This document shows, piece after piece, positions 40,904 through 50,008 of a stretch of DNA of 64,000 nt. The DNA is from Gemmatimonadaceae bacterium (GTDB taxonomy: Bacteria; Gemmatimonadota; Gemmatimonadetes; Gemmatimonadales; Gemmatimonadaceae): NCBI GenBank assembly GCA_051859245.1, contig JBHYGA010000001.1, forward strand, positions 1,437,722-1,501,721, given 5' to 3'. The notes under the pieces are model-generated. The model was not told where the DNA came from. It saw only the letters and a program-made list of their open reading frames with translations, and did no database searches. The position numbers were made by a program, and so were the translations under genes. Every line of letters begins with the position of its first letter. Position 1 is the first letter of the stretch.

Positions 40904-43681
40904 ATGCTTGCTGCCGAAATCCGCTCCCGATTCCTCGCGTTCTTCGAACGCCAAGGCCACGTCATCCGACCGTCGGCCTCGCTCGTCCCTGGTGACGACC
41001 CCACGTTGTTGTTTACGAACGCCGGCATGGTGCCGTTCAAAAAGGTGTTTCTCGGCCTCGAGGACCCCGAGTTTGGACGTCGCGTCACCACGTCGCAGAA
41101 ATGCGTGCGTGCCGGTGGTAAACACAACGACCTCGAGCAGGTGGGCCACACCGCGCGCCATCACACGTTGTTCGAGATGCTCGGCAACTTTTCGTTTGGT
41201 GACTACTTCAAGCGCGATGCGATTCGTTTCGCGTGGCAGTTTGTCACGGAGGAGTTGCAACTCTCGCCCGAGCACCTGCGCGTCACGGTGTTCTACGAAG
41301 ATGATGAAGCGCGCGAACTGTGGCGTGAGATTTCCGGCTTGCCCGCCAATCGCATTTACGGACTCGGGCACAAAGACAACTTCTGGCAAATGGCCGACAC
41401 GGGTCCGTGCGGACCGTGCTCCGAGATCTATGTAGACCTCGCGGCCGTGGCCAAGGATTGGGCCGTACCGCAAGGCGCCACCGGTGCGTGGACTGACAGC
41501 AGCGTCACCGATTTCTCGCAAGATGATTTTGTGGATGGCGCCGAAGCCGGCCGCTTCCTCGAAATCTGGAACCTTGTGTTCATGCAGTTCGATCGCCAGG
41601 CCGATGGCACACTCGTGCCGTTGCCCAAGCCGAGCGTTGACACCGGCGCTGGTCTCGAACGCATCGCGGCGGTGAAGCAGGGGGTCACCAACAACTTTCA
41701 CACGGATCTCTTTGCGCCGTACATCGCAAAGGTCGAAGAGATTGTTGGCATCTCGTATCCGTGGCGTCCGGGTTCAGGGGACGGCACGGCGCACACGCCC
41801 GATGGACGCGTGGTGGATTCCGCGTCGTATCGTGTGATTGCTGACCACGCGCGCGCCGTGGCGTTCTTGTTGGCCGACGGCGTGTTCCCGAGTAATGAAG
41901 GGCGTGGATATGTACTGCGCCGCATCTTGCGTCGCGCCGTGCGTCACGCGTGGTTGCTGGGTCGCCGCGAGCCCACGCTGGTGCATGTGGTCGATGTCGT
42001 GATTGACAGCATGAAAGACATCTATCCGGATCTCTTCACGCGTCGCTCGCACCTGTTGGCAACGACGCGTGCGGAGGAAGAACGATTCCTCGCCACGATC
42101 GACGGCGGCATGGAGCGTTTTGACCAGCTCGCACCTACGAGCAGTACACAGGGTTCAAGTGCGGTGCGTGGGACGATTGCGGGCGAAGATGTGTTCCGCT
42201 TGTATGACACCTACGGATTCCCGGTCGACCTCACGGAACTGATGGCTCGTGAGCGCGGATACCTGGTGGACTTTGCGGGATTCGAAGCGGCGCTCGGCGC
42301 GCAACGCAAACAATCGCAAGACGATCGCAAATCGCGCGGACTCACCGTCAGTGCAGACGACTTTGCGGATCCTGCCGCCTGGCAGCGCGCCGCCGATGAT
42401 GAGTCGAACGGCGCCTTTGTTGGATACACGCGCACGGAAGCGGAGACCGAAGTCACGGCGGTCCGCTCGCTTGACGATGGACGCGTGGCCGTCATGCTGC
42501 GCGAATCGCCGTTCTATGCAGAGTCTGGTGGACAGGTCTCCGACCACGGCGAAATTGTTGGCGAGGGTTGGCGCGTTGACGTGGTCGATGTGAAGAAGGC
42601 CGACGGTCGTATTGCGGCGATCGGCACGGCAACGGGCACCGTAACGTTCGGACGCGCGACGGCGCGCGTTCCCGCCGATCGCCGTCGTGACATTGAGCGC
42701 AATCACACGGCAACACACTTGCTTCACGCCGCATTGCGCGAACAGCTGGGTGAGCATGTGCATCAAGCGGGTTCATTGGTTGCACCGGAGCGTCTGCGAT
42801 TCGACTTCACGCATCATGGACCGCTCACGCAGGAACAGTTGGCATCCATCGAGCGACAGGTCAACGAAGGCATCTGGCACGCGGCGGCCGTTGACATCAC
42901 CGAGCGCAAGTACGCCGACGCCGTAGCAGCAGGCGCGATGGCGCTGTTCGGCGAGAAGTACGGCGACGTGGTGCGCGTGGTGAACATTCCCGGGCTCAGC
43001 ACGGAGTTGTGCGGTGGCACGCACGTGCGCAACACGGCGGAGATCGGTCTGTTTCGCATCGTGAGCGAAGGTGGTGTTGCCGCCGGTGTGCGTCGTATTG
43101 AAGCGGTAACCGGTCGCCGCGCATTTGCGCTGCTCAGCGAACGTGATGCCAGTCTCTCCGCGATTGGTCAGCGTCTCAAGGTGCAGCTCGGTGGTGGAAC
43201 GGCACAGCTCGAAACACTCGAGAAGAGAGTTGATGCGCTTATTGAAGAGCGTCGCACGCTTGAGAAGAAGCTCGATGAGGCGATCAAGAGCGGTGGCGCC
43301 GCGTCGGATGCCACGGCCGCGTTGCTTGCGTCGCGCAAGGATGTAAACGGTGTGAGCTTGATCGCGTCGCGCGTTCCGGCAACCGATGTGAAGTTGCTGC
43401 AGGCACTTGGCGACACGATGCGTGAATCCATGGGCAGCGGTGTTGCGGTGCTCGCCGCGGACTTCGGAGACGGGAAAGGCGCATTGCTCACGGTGATTAC
43501 CGACGATCTGCGCGAGCGTGGTCTGCGTGCCGATGCCATCGTTCGTGATATCGCGGTGATCGTTGGCGGCCGTGGCGGCGGTAAGCCGCACATGGCGCAG
43601 GCGGGATTGCCGGACAGCTCGCGTATTGACGAGGCGCTGGCCGCGGCCGATGGCGTTGTTCGCGCCGCGGCGGGCGCATAG
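40904..43681 (+). CDS. alaS: Alanine-tRNA ligase
   Basis: DPTLLFTNAGM, HHTLFEMLGNFSFGDYFK, EIWNLVFMQF, DTGAGLER, HTATH, ELCGGTH, GGRGGG. Confidence 0.99.
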   Translation: MLAAEIRSRFLAFFERQGHVIRPSASLVPGDDPTLLFTNAGMVPFKKVFLGLEDPEFGRRVTTSQKCVRAGGKHNDLEQVGHTARHHTLFEMLGNFSFGDYFKRDAIRFAWQFVTEELQLSPEHLRVTVFYEDDEARELWREISGLPANRIYGLGHKDNFWQMADTGPCGPCSEIYVDLAAVAKDWAVPQGATGAWTDSSVTDFSQDDFVDGAEAGRFLEIWNLVFMQFDRQADGTLVPLPKPSVDTGAGLERIAAVKQGVTNNFHTDLFAPYIAKVEEIVGISYPWRPGSGDGTAHTPDGRVVDSASYRVIADHARAVAFLLADGVFPSNEGRGYVLRRILRRAVRHAWLLGRREPTLVHVVDVVIDSMKDIYPDLFTRRSHLLATTRAEEERFLATIDGGMERFDQLAPTSSTQGSSAVRGTIAGEDVFRLYDTYGFPVDLTELMARERGYLVDFAGFEAALGAQRKQSQDDRKSRGLTVSADDFADPAAWQRAADDESNGAFVGYTRTEAETEVTAVRSLDDGRVAVMLRESPFYAESGGQVSDHGEIVGEGWRVDVVDVKKADGRIAAIGTATGTVTFGRATARVPADRRRDIERNHTATHLLHAALREQLGEHVHQAGSLVAPERLRFDFTHHGPLTQEQLASIERQVNEGIWHAAAVDITERKYADAVAAGAMALFGEKYGDVVRVVNIPGLSTELCGGTHVRNTAEIGLFRIVSEGGVAAGVRRIEAVTGRRAFALLSERDASLSAIGQRLKVQLGGGTAQLETLEKRVDALIEERRTLEKKLDEAIKSGGAASDATAALLASRKDVNGVSLIASRVPATDVKLLQALGDTMRESMGSGVAVLAADFGDGKGALLTVITDDLRERGLRADAIVRDIAVIVGGRGGGKPHMAQAGLPDSSRIDEALAAADGVVRAAAGA

Positions 43682-43685
43682 TGAA

Positions 43686-44024
43686 ATGAACGTGTCGAAG
43701 GCGTCTCAGACGGTGTCCGATTGGCTGGAGGCGGTGCAGCCCGCGCCGCCACCAGCGCTCATGGCTCGTTTGCGTGAACTGCTGGCGCCCCATGCCCATC
43801 GGCCTCTGCAGGAGGCTGCTGAGAGCTGCCTCGCGGCGGGTGAGACGCAGCTCGCGGCCATGCTGTCGTCTCAGGCGACAGACCGGGGTTCGGCGCTGGA
43901 CCTGCTCGCCGTGGACGCGCTCGCGACGTATGCTTTCGAAGCGGCGGCTGATTCCCCAGCCATGCTGGAGCAGCTCGCGAACGATGCCATGACACGTATT
44001 GCGGAGATCCCGGAGGCGTCCTGA
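43686..44024 (+). CDS. Hypothetical protein
   Basis: Fills the gap between alaS and the PHP gene; contains ALDLLAVDALATYAFE. Confidence 0.7.
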   Translation: MNVSKASQTVSDWLEAVQPAPPPALMARLRELLAPHAHRPLQEAAESCLAAGETQLAAMLSSQATDRGSALDLLAVDALATYAFEAAADSPAMLEQLANDAMTRIAEIPEAS

Positions 44025-44773
44025 TCGACCTGCACACGCACCTGCTGCCTGGCGTTGACGACGGCTCACCCTCCGTGGAGGTCAGCCTGCCGGTGCTTGA
44101 GCGGTTCGCGCAGGAGGGCGTTACGGTCGTGGTGTGCACGCCGCACCTCAACGCCTCACAGGCGGCGAGCGCGCCTGCTGAGCGGCATCAGGAGATTCTT
44201 GCGCAGCTGCGGGCCGCCGCCGGGGCCGGAGCGCCTGAGCTCCGCCTGGGCTGGGAAATCATGCTGGACCAGCCGGGCACAGATCTCACCGATATGTCGC
44301 TCACGCTGGGCGACTCGCGCGCACTGTTGGTGGAGTTCAGCATTGGCGGCATTCCGCGCGGGGCGGTGCAGGAGTTGCGGCGCATCGCACGGTCCGGGCG
44401 TACGCCCATTCTGGCGCATCCGGAGCGGTACTACGGGTGCACGGTGGCGCTGGTGCGCGAGTTCCGGAAACTCGGCGTCGTGATCCAGACGGATGTGAAA
44501 GTGATGTTGGGTCGCGGCGCGCCAAGCGAGCTGGCGCGAGACCTCCTGGCGGCGGGGCTCGTGGACATTCTGGCGTCGGACAACCATGGCGACGCCCGGT
44601 CGCTCGCCCCCGGTCGGGATTGGCTCGTGAGCAACGGGGCGACCGCCGAGCAAGTTGAACTGTTGACGCACCGAAACGCCGAGTTGGTGTTGGGCGACGA
44701 AGATCCGATTCCTGTGCCGCCGTTGGCTACCGGTGGCGCGCTGCAGCGATTGCGGCGAATGTTCGGGCGCTAG
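44021..44773 (+). CDS. PHP-family tyrosine phosphatase (CpsB/CapC/YwqE-like), probable CTG start
   Basis: In-frame (L)IDLHTHLLPGVDDG upstream of the called ORF; CTPH, LVEF, ILAHPERY, ASDNHG. Confidence 0.88.
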   Translation: MIDLHTHLLPGVDDGSPSVEVSLPVLERFAQEGVTVVVCTPHLNASQAASAPAERHQEILAQLRAAAGAGAPELRLGWEIMLDQPGTDLTDMSLTLGDSRALLVEFSIGGIPRGAVQELRRIARSGRTPILAHPERYYGCTVALVREFRKLGVVIQTDVKVMLGRGAPSELARDLLAAGLVDILASDNHGDARSLAPGRDWLVSNGATAEQVELLTHRNAELVLGDEDPIPVPPLATGGALQRLRRMFGR

Positions 44774-44859
44774 GTGTGGCGAGGCGAGAACGCTGACGAC
44801 CGAATCATGCGTCAGCCACGCTGGCGCCCGCGTGTTTCCATGACTCAATCAGATACTAC

Positions 44860-45423
44860 ATGACATTGTCTATTACGTCCGCGCTGCTGGAACTCTCGGA
44901 CACTGCTCGACGCACGGCAGAGCAGCTAGAGGCGCAGATCGGCGAGGCCGCGGCCATGGTTCGGGCCACGCTTGAAGCCGGCGGCACACTACTCTTTTGT
45001 GGCAACGGTGGGTCCGCTGCGGACGCCCAGCACATGGCCACGGAGTACGTGGTGCGGTACATGAAGAATCGTAGAGCTTACGCCGCGATTGCGCTGACGA
45101 CCGATACCTCGCTGTTGACCGCCGCGGGAAACGATCTCGGTTTTGATCACATTTTTTCTCGTCAGGTCGAAGCGTTGGGAAAGCCGCAGGATTTGCTCAT
45201 TATTCATTCCACATCAGGGAATTCGGCAAATGTGCTTGAGGCGGCGAAAGCGGCTTCCAGAATCGGGATGAAGGTGCTCTCACTCACGGCCAAAGATGGT
45301 GGTCAGCTCAAGCGGCTCAGCGACCTCACGTTGATTGTGCCAACCGAGCGCACCGATCGGGCGCAGGAAGTGCACCTCTGCATTCAGCATCTGATCTGCG
45401 AGAGCATTGAGGGGAATATTTGA
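44860..45423 (+). CDS. gmhA: Phosphoheptose isomerase (SIS)
   Basis: CGNGGSAADAQHMATE, ALTTDTS, NDLGFDHIFSRQVEALG, STSGNS, QEVH. Confidence 0.9.
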   Translation: MTLSITSALLELSDTARRTAEQLEAQIGEAAAMVRATLEAGGTLLFCGNGGSAADAQHMATEYVVRYMKNRRAYAAIALTTDTSLLTAAGNDLGFDHIFSRQVEALGKPQDLLIIHSTSGNSANVLEAAKAASRIGMKVLSLTAKDGGQLKRLSDLTLIVPTERTDRAQEVHLCIQHLICESIEGNI

Positions 45424-45453
45424 TCTGAGCGAACATAAGTGTCTGCAAACAGT

Positions 45454-45782
45454 TGTGGACTATTCATTTAAAACCTATTACATAAAGTAATGTCTCAGAT
45501 AGAACCCAGGTTGATAAACCTCGTGAACAAGCGCGCGATCGTCACTGGCGCGTCGCGCGGCATCGGAGCGGCCACTGCCAGGCTGCTCGCTGCCGCCGGT
45601 GCGCACGTCATCGTTGCGTACCGGTCCAAGGCTGCCGAAGCCGAGTCGGTGGTACGGGAGTGTGAGGCATTCGGCGTGAAAGCTTTTCCACAAATGGCAG
45701 ACTTATCCACAAAAAGCGGAAATAGGGAGCTCGTGAATGCCGCCGTCGAGAAGCTCGGCGGTGTGGATATCTATGTGGGAAA
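45454..45782. promoter_or_regulatory. DnaA-box cluster with AT-rich patch (oriC-like or DnaA-binding locus)
   Basis: Perfect TTWTNCACA at 45684-45692 and 45703-45711; 1-mismatch inverted boxes at 45762-45770 and 45774-45782; 2-mismatch boxes at 45454, 45509, 45522; 45461-45490 is 25/30 A+T. Confidence 0.6.
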
Positions 45783-46266
45783 CTCAGGCGTTTGGCCCGA
45801 TTCGCCCGTGCCCGTGACCGAGCTTGACGACGACCGGTGGCGCTCCTCCATGTCGCTGAACCTCGACGGCATCTTCTGGGGATGCGCGGCGGCTGCCCGC
45901 GCAATGACCGACGGCGGGCGGATTGTGCTGGTCTCCAGCACCGCTGGTCAGCGCGGCGAAGCCTTCCATGCCGACTACGCCGCCACCAAGGGAGCCATGA
46001 TTTCCTTCGTGAAATCGCTGGCCGTTGAGTTGGCGCCTCGGGGAATCACCGTGAACACGGTTGCACCGGGCTGGGTCGACACCGACGCGGTAACCAGGCC
46101 CTTTGCAGGTGACGGGCGCGCCCGGATCGAAGCCGCGATTCCGCTCGGTCGTGTAGCGTCGCCGGCCGATATCGCCGGCCCGATTGCGTTCCTTTGCAGC
46201 GACCTCGCCCGCCACGTCACGGGTGAAGTGCTCAACGTGAACGGCGGGAGCGTTCTCTGCGGATAG
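45490..46266 (+). CDS. SDR family NAD(P)-dependent oxidoreductase (FabG-like)
   Basis: TGASRGIG, VSS, YAATK, VNTVAPGWVDT, VTGEVLNVNGG; start could be TTG 45511. Confidence 0.92.
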   Translation: MSQIEPRLINLVNKRAIVTGASRGIGAATARLLAAAGAHVIVAYRSKAAEAESVVRECEAFGVKAFPQMADLSTKSGNRELVNAAVEKLGGVDIYVGNSGVWPDSPVPVTELDDDRWRSSMSLNLDGIFWGCAAAARAMTDGGRIVLVSSTAGQRGEAFHADYAATKGAMISFVKSLAVELAPRGITVNTVAPGWVDTDAVTRPFAGDGRARIEAAIPLGRVASPADIAGPIAFLCSDLARHVTGEVLNVNGGSVLCG

Positions 46267-46298
46267 ACCGCCACGCGCGTCTGGAGCCACCGGCGCCC

Positions 46299-47564
46299 GT
46301 GCTCGACCTCGCCCGCACATTGGTCAAGGCGGGCTTCGAAACATGGTGTGTGGGTGGCGCCGTGCGGGACGCCTTGCTCGGCATATCGCACCTCGATTGG
46401 GACCTGGCGACGGCCGCGACGCCTGACATTGTACAGCGGCACTTCCGGCGCACCGTGCCGATCGGATTGCGATTTGGCACGGTCGGGGTGATCGATAGCC
46501 GCGGCCACATGCACGAAGTCACCACCTTTCGCCGCGACATGAAAACGGACGGTCGCCACGCCGAGGTGGAGTTTGGCGTGTCGTTGGTGGATGACCTCGC
46601 GCGCCGCGATTTCACCATCAATGCGATGGCCTGGGATCCCATCGGTCAGCGGCTCGAGGATCCCTTCGGCGGTCGCGATGACCTCGAACGAGGGCTCGTA
46701 CGGGCGGTCGGCGACCCGGAGCAGCGGTTCGCGGAAGATCGTCTGCGCGCACTGCGGGCGATCCGATTCGCCGCTCGGTTCGGCTTTTCGATCGAACCTG
46801 CAACCTGGAGCGCAATCCGCGCCTCGGCGCCGCATCTCGGCAGGCTTTCCGCCGAGCGCGTGAAGCAGGAGCTGGAGAAGACGATGGAGCAGGTGGCGCG
46901 GCCGAGCGTAGCGCTCACGCTCTGGCGGGAGAGTGGCGCGTTTGCCACGCTTATTCCGGCGCTCGCGGATGTGTCTGACCGCGCCCTGTTGGCTGCGGAT
47001 GCGCTGCCGTTCCGTGCGCTGCCAACACGCCCGCTGCGCCGCACGTTGCGTCTCACCACGCTGTTTGCTGAAACCGATCCACGCGTCCTCCCGAAGCTGC
47101 TCAAGGAGATGAAGTTCTCCAATCATGAGGTCACGGTGATCGGCGCCCTTGTCTCCAACTGGCACACGCTCGGCGCCGCGATTGCGACGCGAATCACAGC
47201 GTCTGCCCCAGTGCCGGACGTAGATGTTCGTCGTTGGGTTGCGCGTATCGGTCGATTGCGCGTGTCGGCGTTCTCGCGTCTGGCCGCCGCGATGTGGTGG
47301 AGTGATGCGCAGCGCGGAGTGTCAGCGCCGACCGCTGTGCAGTCGCGCTCGTTGCACCGCCGCATGCTGACCATTGCGTTTCGCGATCCGCTTGACGCCG
47401 CTGATCTGGCGGTGGACGGCGAAGACCTTCGACGCGAAGGCGTGGCGCCAGGCCCGGCGATGGGCCGCGTGCTGCACGCCCTCACCGACTACGTTCTTGA
47501 AGATCCAGCGCGCAACACGGCCAGTACATTGCTGGCCGAAGCGCGGCGTCTTGCGCAGCCATAA
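46299..47564 (+). CDS. cca: CCA tRNA nucleotidyltransferase (class II)
   Basis: VGGAVRD, DWDLAT, EVTTFR..DGRH loop, DLARRDFTINAMA, EDRLRALRAIRF, LSAERV; start may lie a few codons upstream. Confidence 0.88.
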   Translation: MLDLARTLVKAGFETWCVGGAVRDALLGISHLDWDLATAATPDIVQRHFRRTVPIGLRFGTVGVIDSRGHMHEVTTFRRDMKTDGRHAEVEFGVSLVDDLARRDFTINAMAWDPIGQRLEDPFGGRDDLERGLVRAVGDPEQRFAEDRLRALRAIRFAARFGFSIEPATWSAIRASAPHLGRLSAERVKQELEKTMEQVARPSVALTLWRESGAFATLIPALADVSDRALLAADALPFRALPTRPLRRTLRLTTLFAETDPRVLPKLLKEMKFSNHEVTVIGALVSNWHTLGAAIATRITASAPVPDVDVRRWVARIGRLRVSAFSRLAAAMWWSDAQRGVSAPTAVQSRSLHRRMLTIAFRDPLDAADLAVDGEDLRREGVAPGPAMGRVLHALTDYVLEDPARNTASTLLAEARRLAQP

Positions 47565-47566
47565 AG

Positions 47567-48094
47567 ATGGAGCCCGCGGTGTCTGAAGAGCTGCAGTTGC
47601 GTGTGCCGCGGTTCCGGCCGTCGAACGATTGGTTCGTTTCACGGCGCAGCGGCGCGATTCACGAGGTTTTTGTGTGGTCGCACGCGGAACGGTTGATGCA
47701 ACTGATGTACGAGCTCAGCGAGTATCTCGATCCCGAAGTTGATGTCAGCATTGAATCGCGCCGCGATGGTCGCGCGTGGCACGGGAGTGTGCTTCCACTC
47801 AACGAAGTGCGAGCGACGATCGAAATGCTGGCGCAGTCCATGGCGCAGTTTGGGGGCGTTGAGCTGAGCGTGTACACGGCTGATGATCAGATCACGATTA
47901 CCTCGTCACTCGGTTTGGTGATCTACGCGCGCTCTGATCGCTGGGTGTATTTGCTTGAGGCGATGGGTTTCGTCGAGCGCGCGAGCCCGCCGCAACCGTC
48001 CTGGAACGCTGACGGCGCGCCATTGGAGGGTGCGCCGGAGCTTCTGCGTGATCTTGAGCTGGCCGCACGACAGCTCAAGCTCAGCACCGTGTAA
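47567..48094 (+). CDS. Hypothetical protein
   Basis: Tightly packed ORF in the operon; no family recognised. Confidence 0.7.
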   Translation: MEPAVSEELQLRVPRFRPSNDWFVSRRSGAIHEVFVWSHAERLMQLMYELSEYLDPEVDVSIESRRDGRAWHGSVLPLNEVRATIEMLAQSMAQFGGVELSVYTADDQITITSSLGLVIYARSDRWVYLLEAMGFVERASPPQPSWNADGAPLEGAPELLRDLELAARQLKLSTV

Positions 48095-48111
48095 GCTGAC
48101 GAGATACGGAA

Positions 48112-49494
48112 ATGTCGTCGCTCTTTTCGGCTCAGGTCTCGGAACCGCTTGCCTCACGATTGCGTCCGCGCACGTTGAGCGAGATCGTGGGACAATCGCA
48201 TTTGCTCGCCGTGGGTGCGCCACTGCGCGCGGCAATCGATCGGCGCGCGATCGACTCGCTCATTCTTTGGGGCCCGCCGGGAGTCGGAAAAACCACGCTC
48301 GCCCGTTTGCTCGCGCAGGCCACCGACGCGGAGTTCGTTTCGTTCTCGGCCGTTAGTGACGGCGTGGCGCGTGTCCGTGAAATCGTGGCCGATGCGCAGC
48401 GTCGACGTGAGTTTGGTCGCGGAACGCTGCTCTTTGTTGACGAGATTCATCGCTTCAATCGCGCGCAGCAAGACGCGTTCCTGCAACACGTAGAAGCGGG
48501 CACAGTGGTCCTCGTTGGTGCCACCACCGAAAATCCGTCGTTCGCGCTCAACGGAGCATTGCTGTCGCGCGCACGCGTTCTGGTGCTCGAGCCGCTCTCC
48601 ATCTCCGACCTCACGCAGCTGGCAACTCGCGCGCTTTCGGATGGTGATCGAGGACTCGGCAGTCGATCGCTGCGACTGTCGGATGACGCGAGTGCCCAAC
48701 TTGCCGAACTCAGTGATGGTGACGCACGTCGCATGCTTGGCGTTCTTGAAGCTGCCGCCACGCTCGCCGAAGACGGCGCCGAGATCACAGTTGAGCAGAT
48801 CGTGCAGGCCGCACAGCGCCGCATGCCACGGTACGATCGGAGTGGGGAAGAGCACTACAATCTGATTTCCGCATTACACAAGTCGCTGCGCGGAAGCGAT
48901 CCGCAGGGTGCACTCTACTGGCTCGCCCGCATGATACAGGGCGGGGAAGACCCTCGGTTTATCGCGCGACGCATGATTCGCATGGCGACGGAAGATATCG
49001 GGCTCGCGGACCCGCAGGCGCTGCCGCTGTCCATCGCGGCTGCCGAGACGTTTGAACGACTTGGTTCGCCGGAAGGTGAACTCGCGCTGGCTGAAGCGGC
49101 GGTGTACCTCGCCACCGCGCCGAAGTCGAACCGCGTGTATGTGGCGTGGAAGGCCGCCATGGAAGCGGCGGCCGAAACACCAAGCGCGGCCGTGCCGCTC
49201 CATTTGCGAAACGCGCCCACCAAGCTCATGAAGGAACTCGGGTATGGCGCCGGGTACCAGTACGCATTCGAAAGCGACGACGCGTACGCCCCGCAGGACT
49301 ATCTGCCCTCGGAGCTGGCGTCGCGTAGCTTTTATCAGGCAGGGCCATTTGGCTTTGAGCGGGACATCGCAAAACGAATGGCGTGGTGGCAAACCCTGCG
49401 TGATCGCACCGTCGATGGTCCGGGACCACTGGCCGCAACCGACACTACTCACTCGCGAGACGAAGGATCACATCATGCGCCCGATTCGAAATAG
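48112..49494 (+). CDS. rarA: Replication-associated recombination protein RarA/MgsA
   Basis: PLASRLRP, WGPPGVGKTT, DEIHRFN, GATTENP, ISALHKSLRGSD, EDIGLADP, HLRNAPT. Confidence 0.96.
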   Translation: MSSLFSAQVSEPLASRLRPRTLSEIVGQSHLLAVGAPLRAAIDRRAIDSLILWGPPGVGKTTLARLLAQATDAEFVSFSAVSDGVARVREIVADAQRRREFGRGTLLFVDEIHRFNRAQQDAFLQHVEAGTVVLVGATTENPSFALNGALLSRARVLVLEPLSISDLTQLATRALSDGDRGLGSRSLRLSDDASAQLAELSDGDARRMLGVLEAAATLAEDGAEITVEQIVQAAQRRMPRYDRSGEEHYNLISALHKSLRGSDPQGALYWLARMIQGGEDPRFIARRMIRMATEDIGLADPQALPLSIAAAETFERLGSPEGELALAEAAVYLATAPKSNRVYVAWKAAMEAAAETPSAAVPLHLRNAPTKLMKELGYGAGYQYAFESDDAYAPQDYLPSELASRSFYQAGPFGFERDIAKRMAWWQTLRDRTVDGPGPLAATDTTHSRDEGSHHAPDSK

Positions 49495-49981
49495 TCGCCC
49501 TCGCCGTTCAGCGTTGGCGCGAACCCTGGTCACCGCCGGTGTGGTGGCGCTGGTTGCCGGCTGTGCCACGCTTGGTCGCGCCACATTCGCTGAGCCCTTG
49601 GTTGAGCTGCGCGATGTCAAAGTGGTTGGTCTTGGCATTGATGGCGGCAACGTGGACGTGGTGCTGTCGGTGTACAATCCCAATCGCTATTCACTCGACG
49701 CCACGCGTATGACCTATCGTGTGGATGTGGATTCCGTGCAGCTTGGCAATGGTGCCTTGGATTCACGTTTTGTCGTGCCGAGCGGTGATACGTCTATGGT
49801 GCGCCTACCGATTCGCTTTACCTATCGCGGTTTGGGCGAAGCGGGACGTCAGATTCTTTCCACGGGCACCGTGAACTACCGTGTGCGCGGCGATTTTACC
49901 GTGGTCACGCCGATTGGAAACTTCACGCGGCCGTACGATCGTACCGGACGCTTCAATACCGTGACCGGTCGCGGGCAGTAA
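49475..49981 (+). CDS. LEA_2/WHy domain lipoprotein
   Basis: Lipobox LVAGC, VYNPN motif, beta-rich. Confidence 0.82.
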   Translation: MRPIRNSRPRRSALARTLVTAGVVALVAGCATLGRATFAEPLVELRDVKVVGLGIDGGNVDVVLSVYNPNRYSLDATRMTYRVDVDSVQLGNGALDSRFVVPSGDTSMVRLPIRFTYRGLGEAGRQILSTGTVNYRVRGDFTVVTPIGNFTRPYDRTGRFNTVTGRGQ

Positions 49982-50008
49982 GCCCGCTCACCTTTCTGGA
50001 GCCCGACT

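Noticed and set aside
44860..45423. SIS protein beside the DnaA boxes as DiaA (DnaA-associating paralogue of GmhA)
   Set aside because: It keeps the GmhA-type GNGGSAADAQH...E and QEVH residues, and a heptose kinase is in the window, so GmhA is more parsimonious
45462..45505. dif site (minus strand TTATGTAATAG resembles a XerD arm)
   Set aside because: The sequence at the XerC-arm position (CTATCTGAGAC) lacks the required ATAA end
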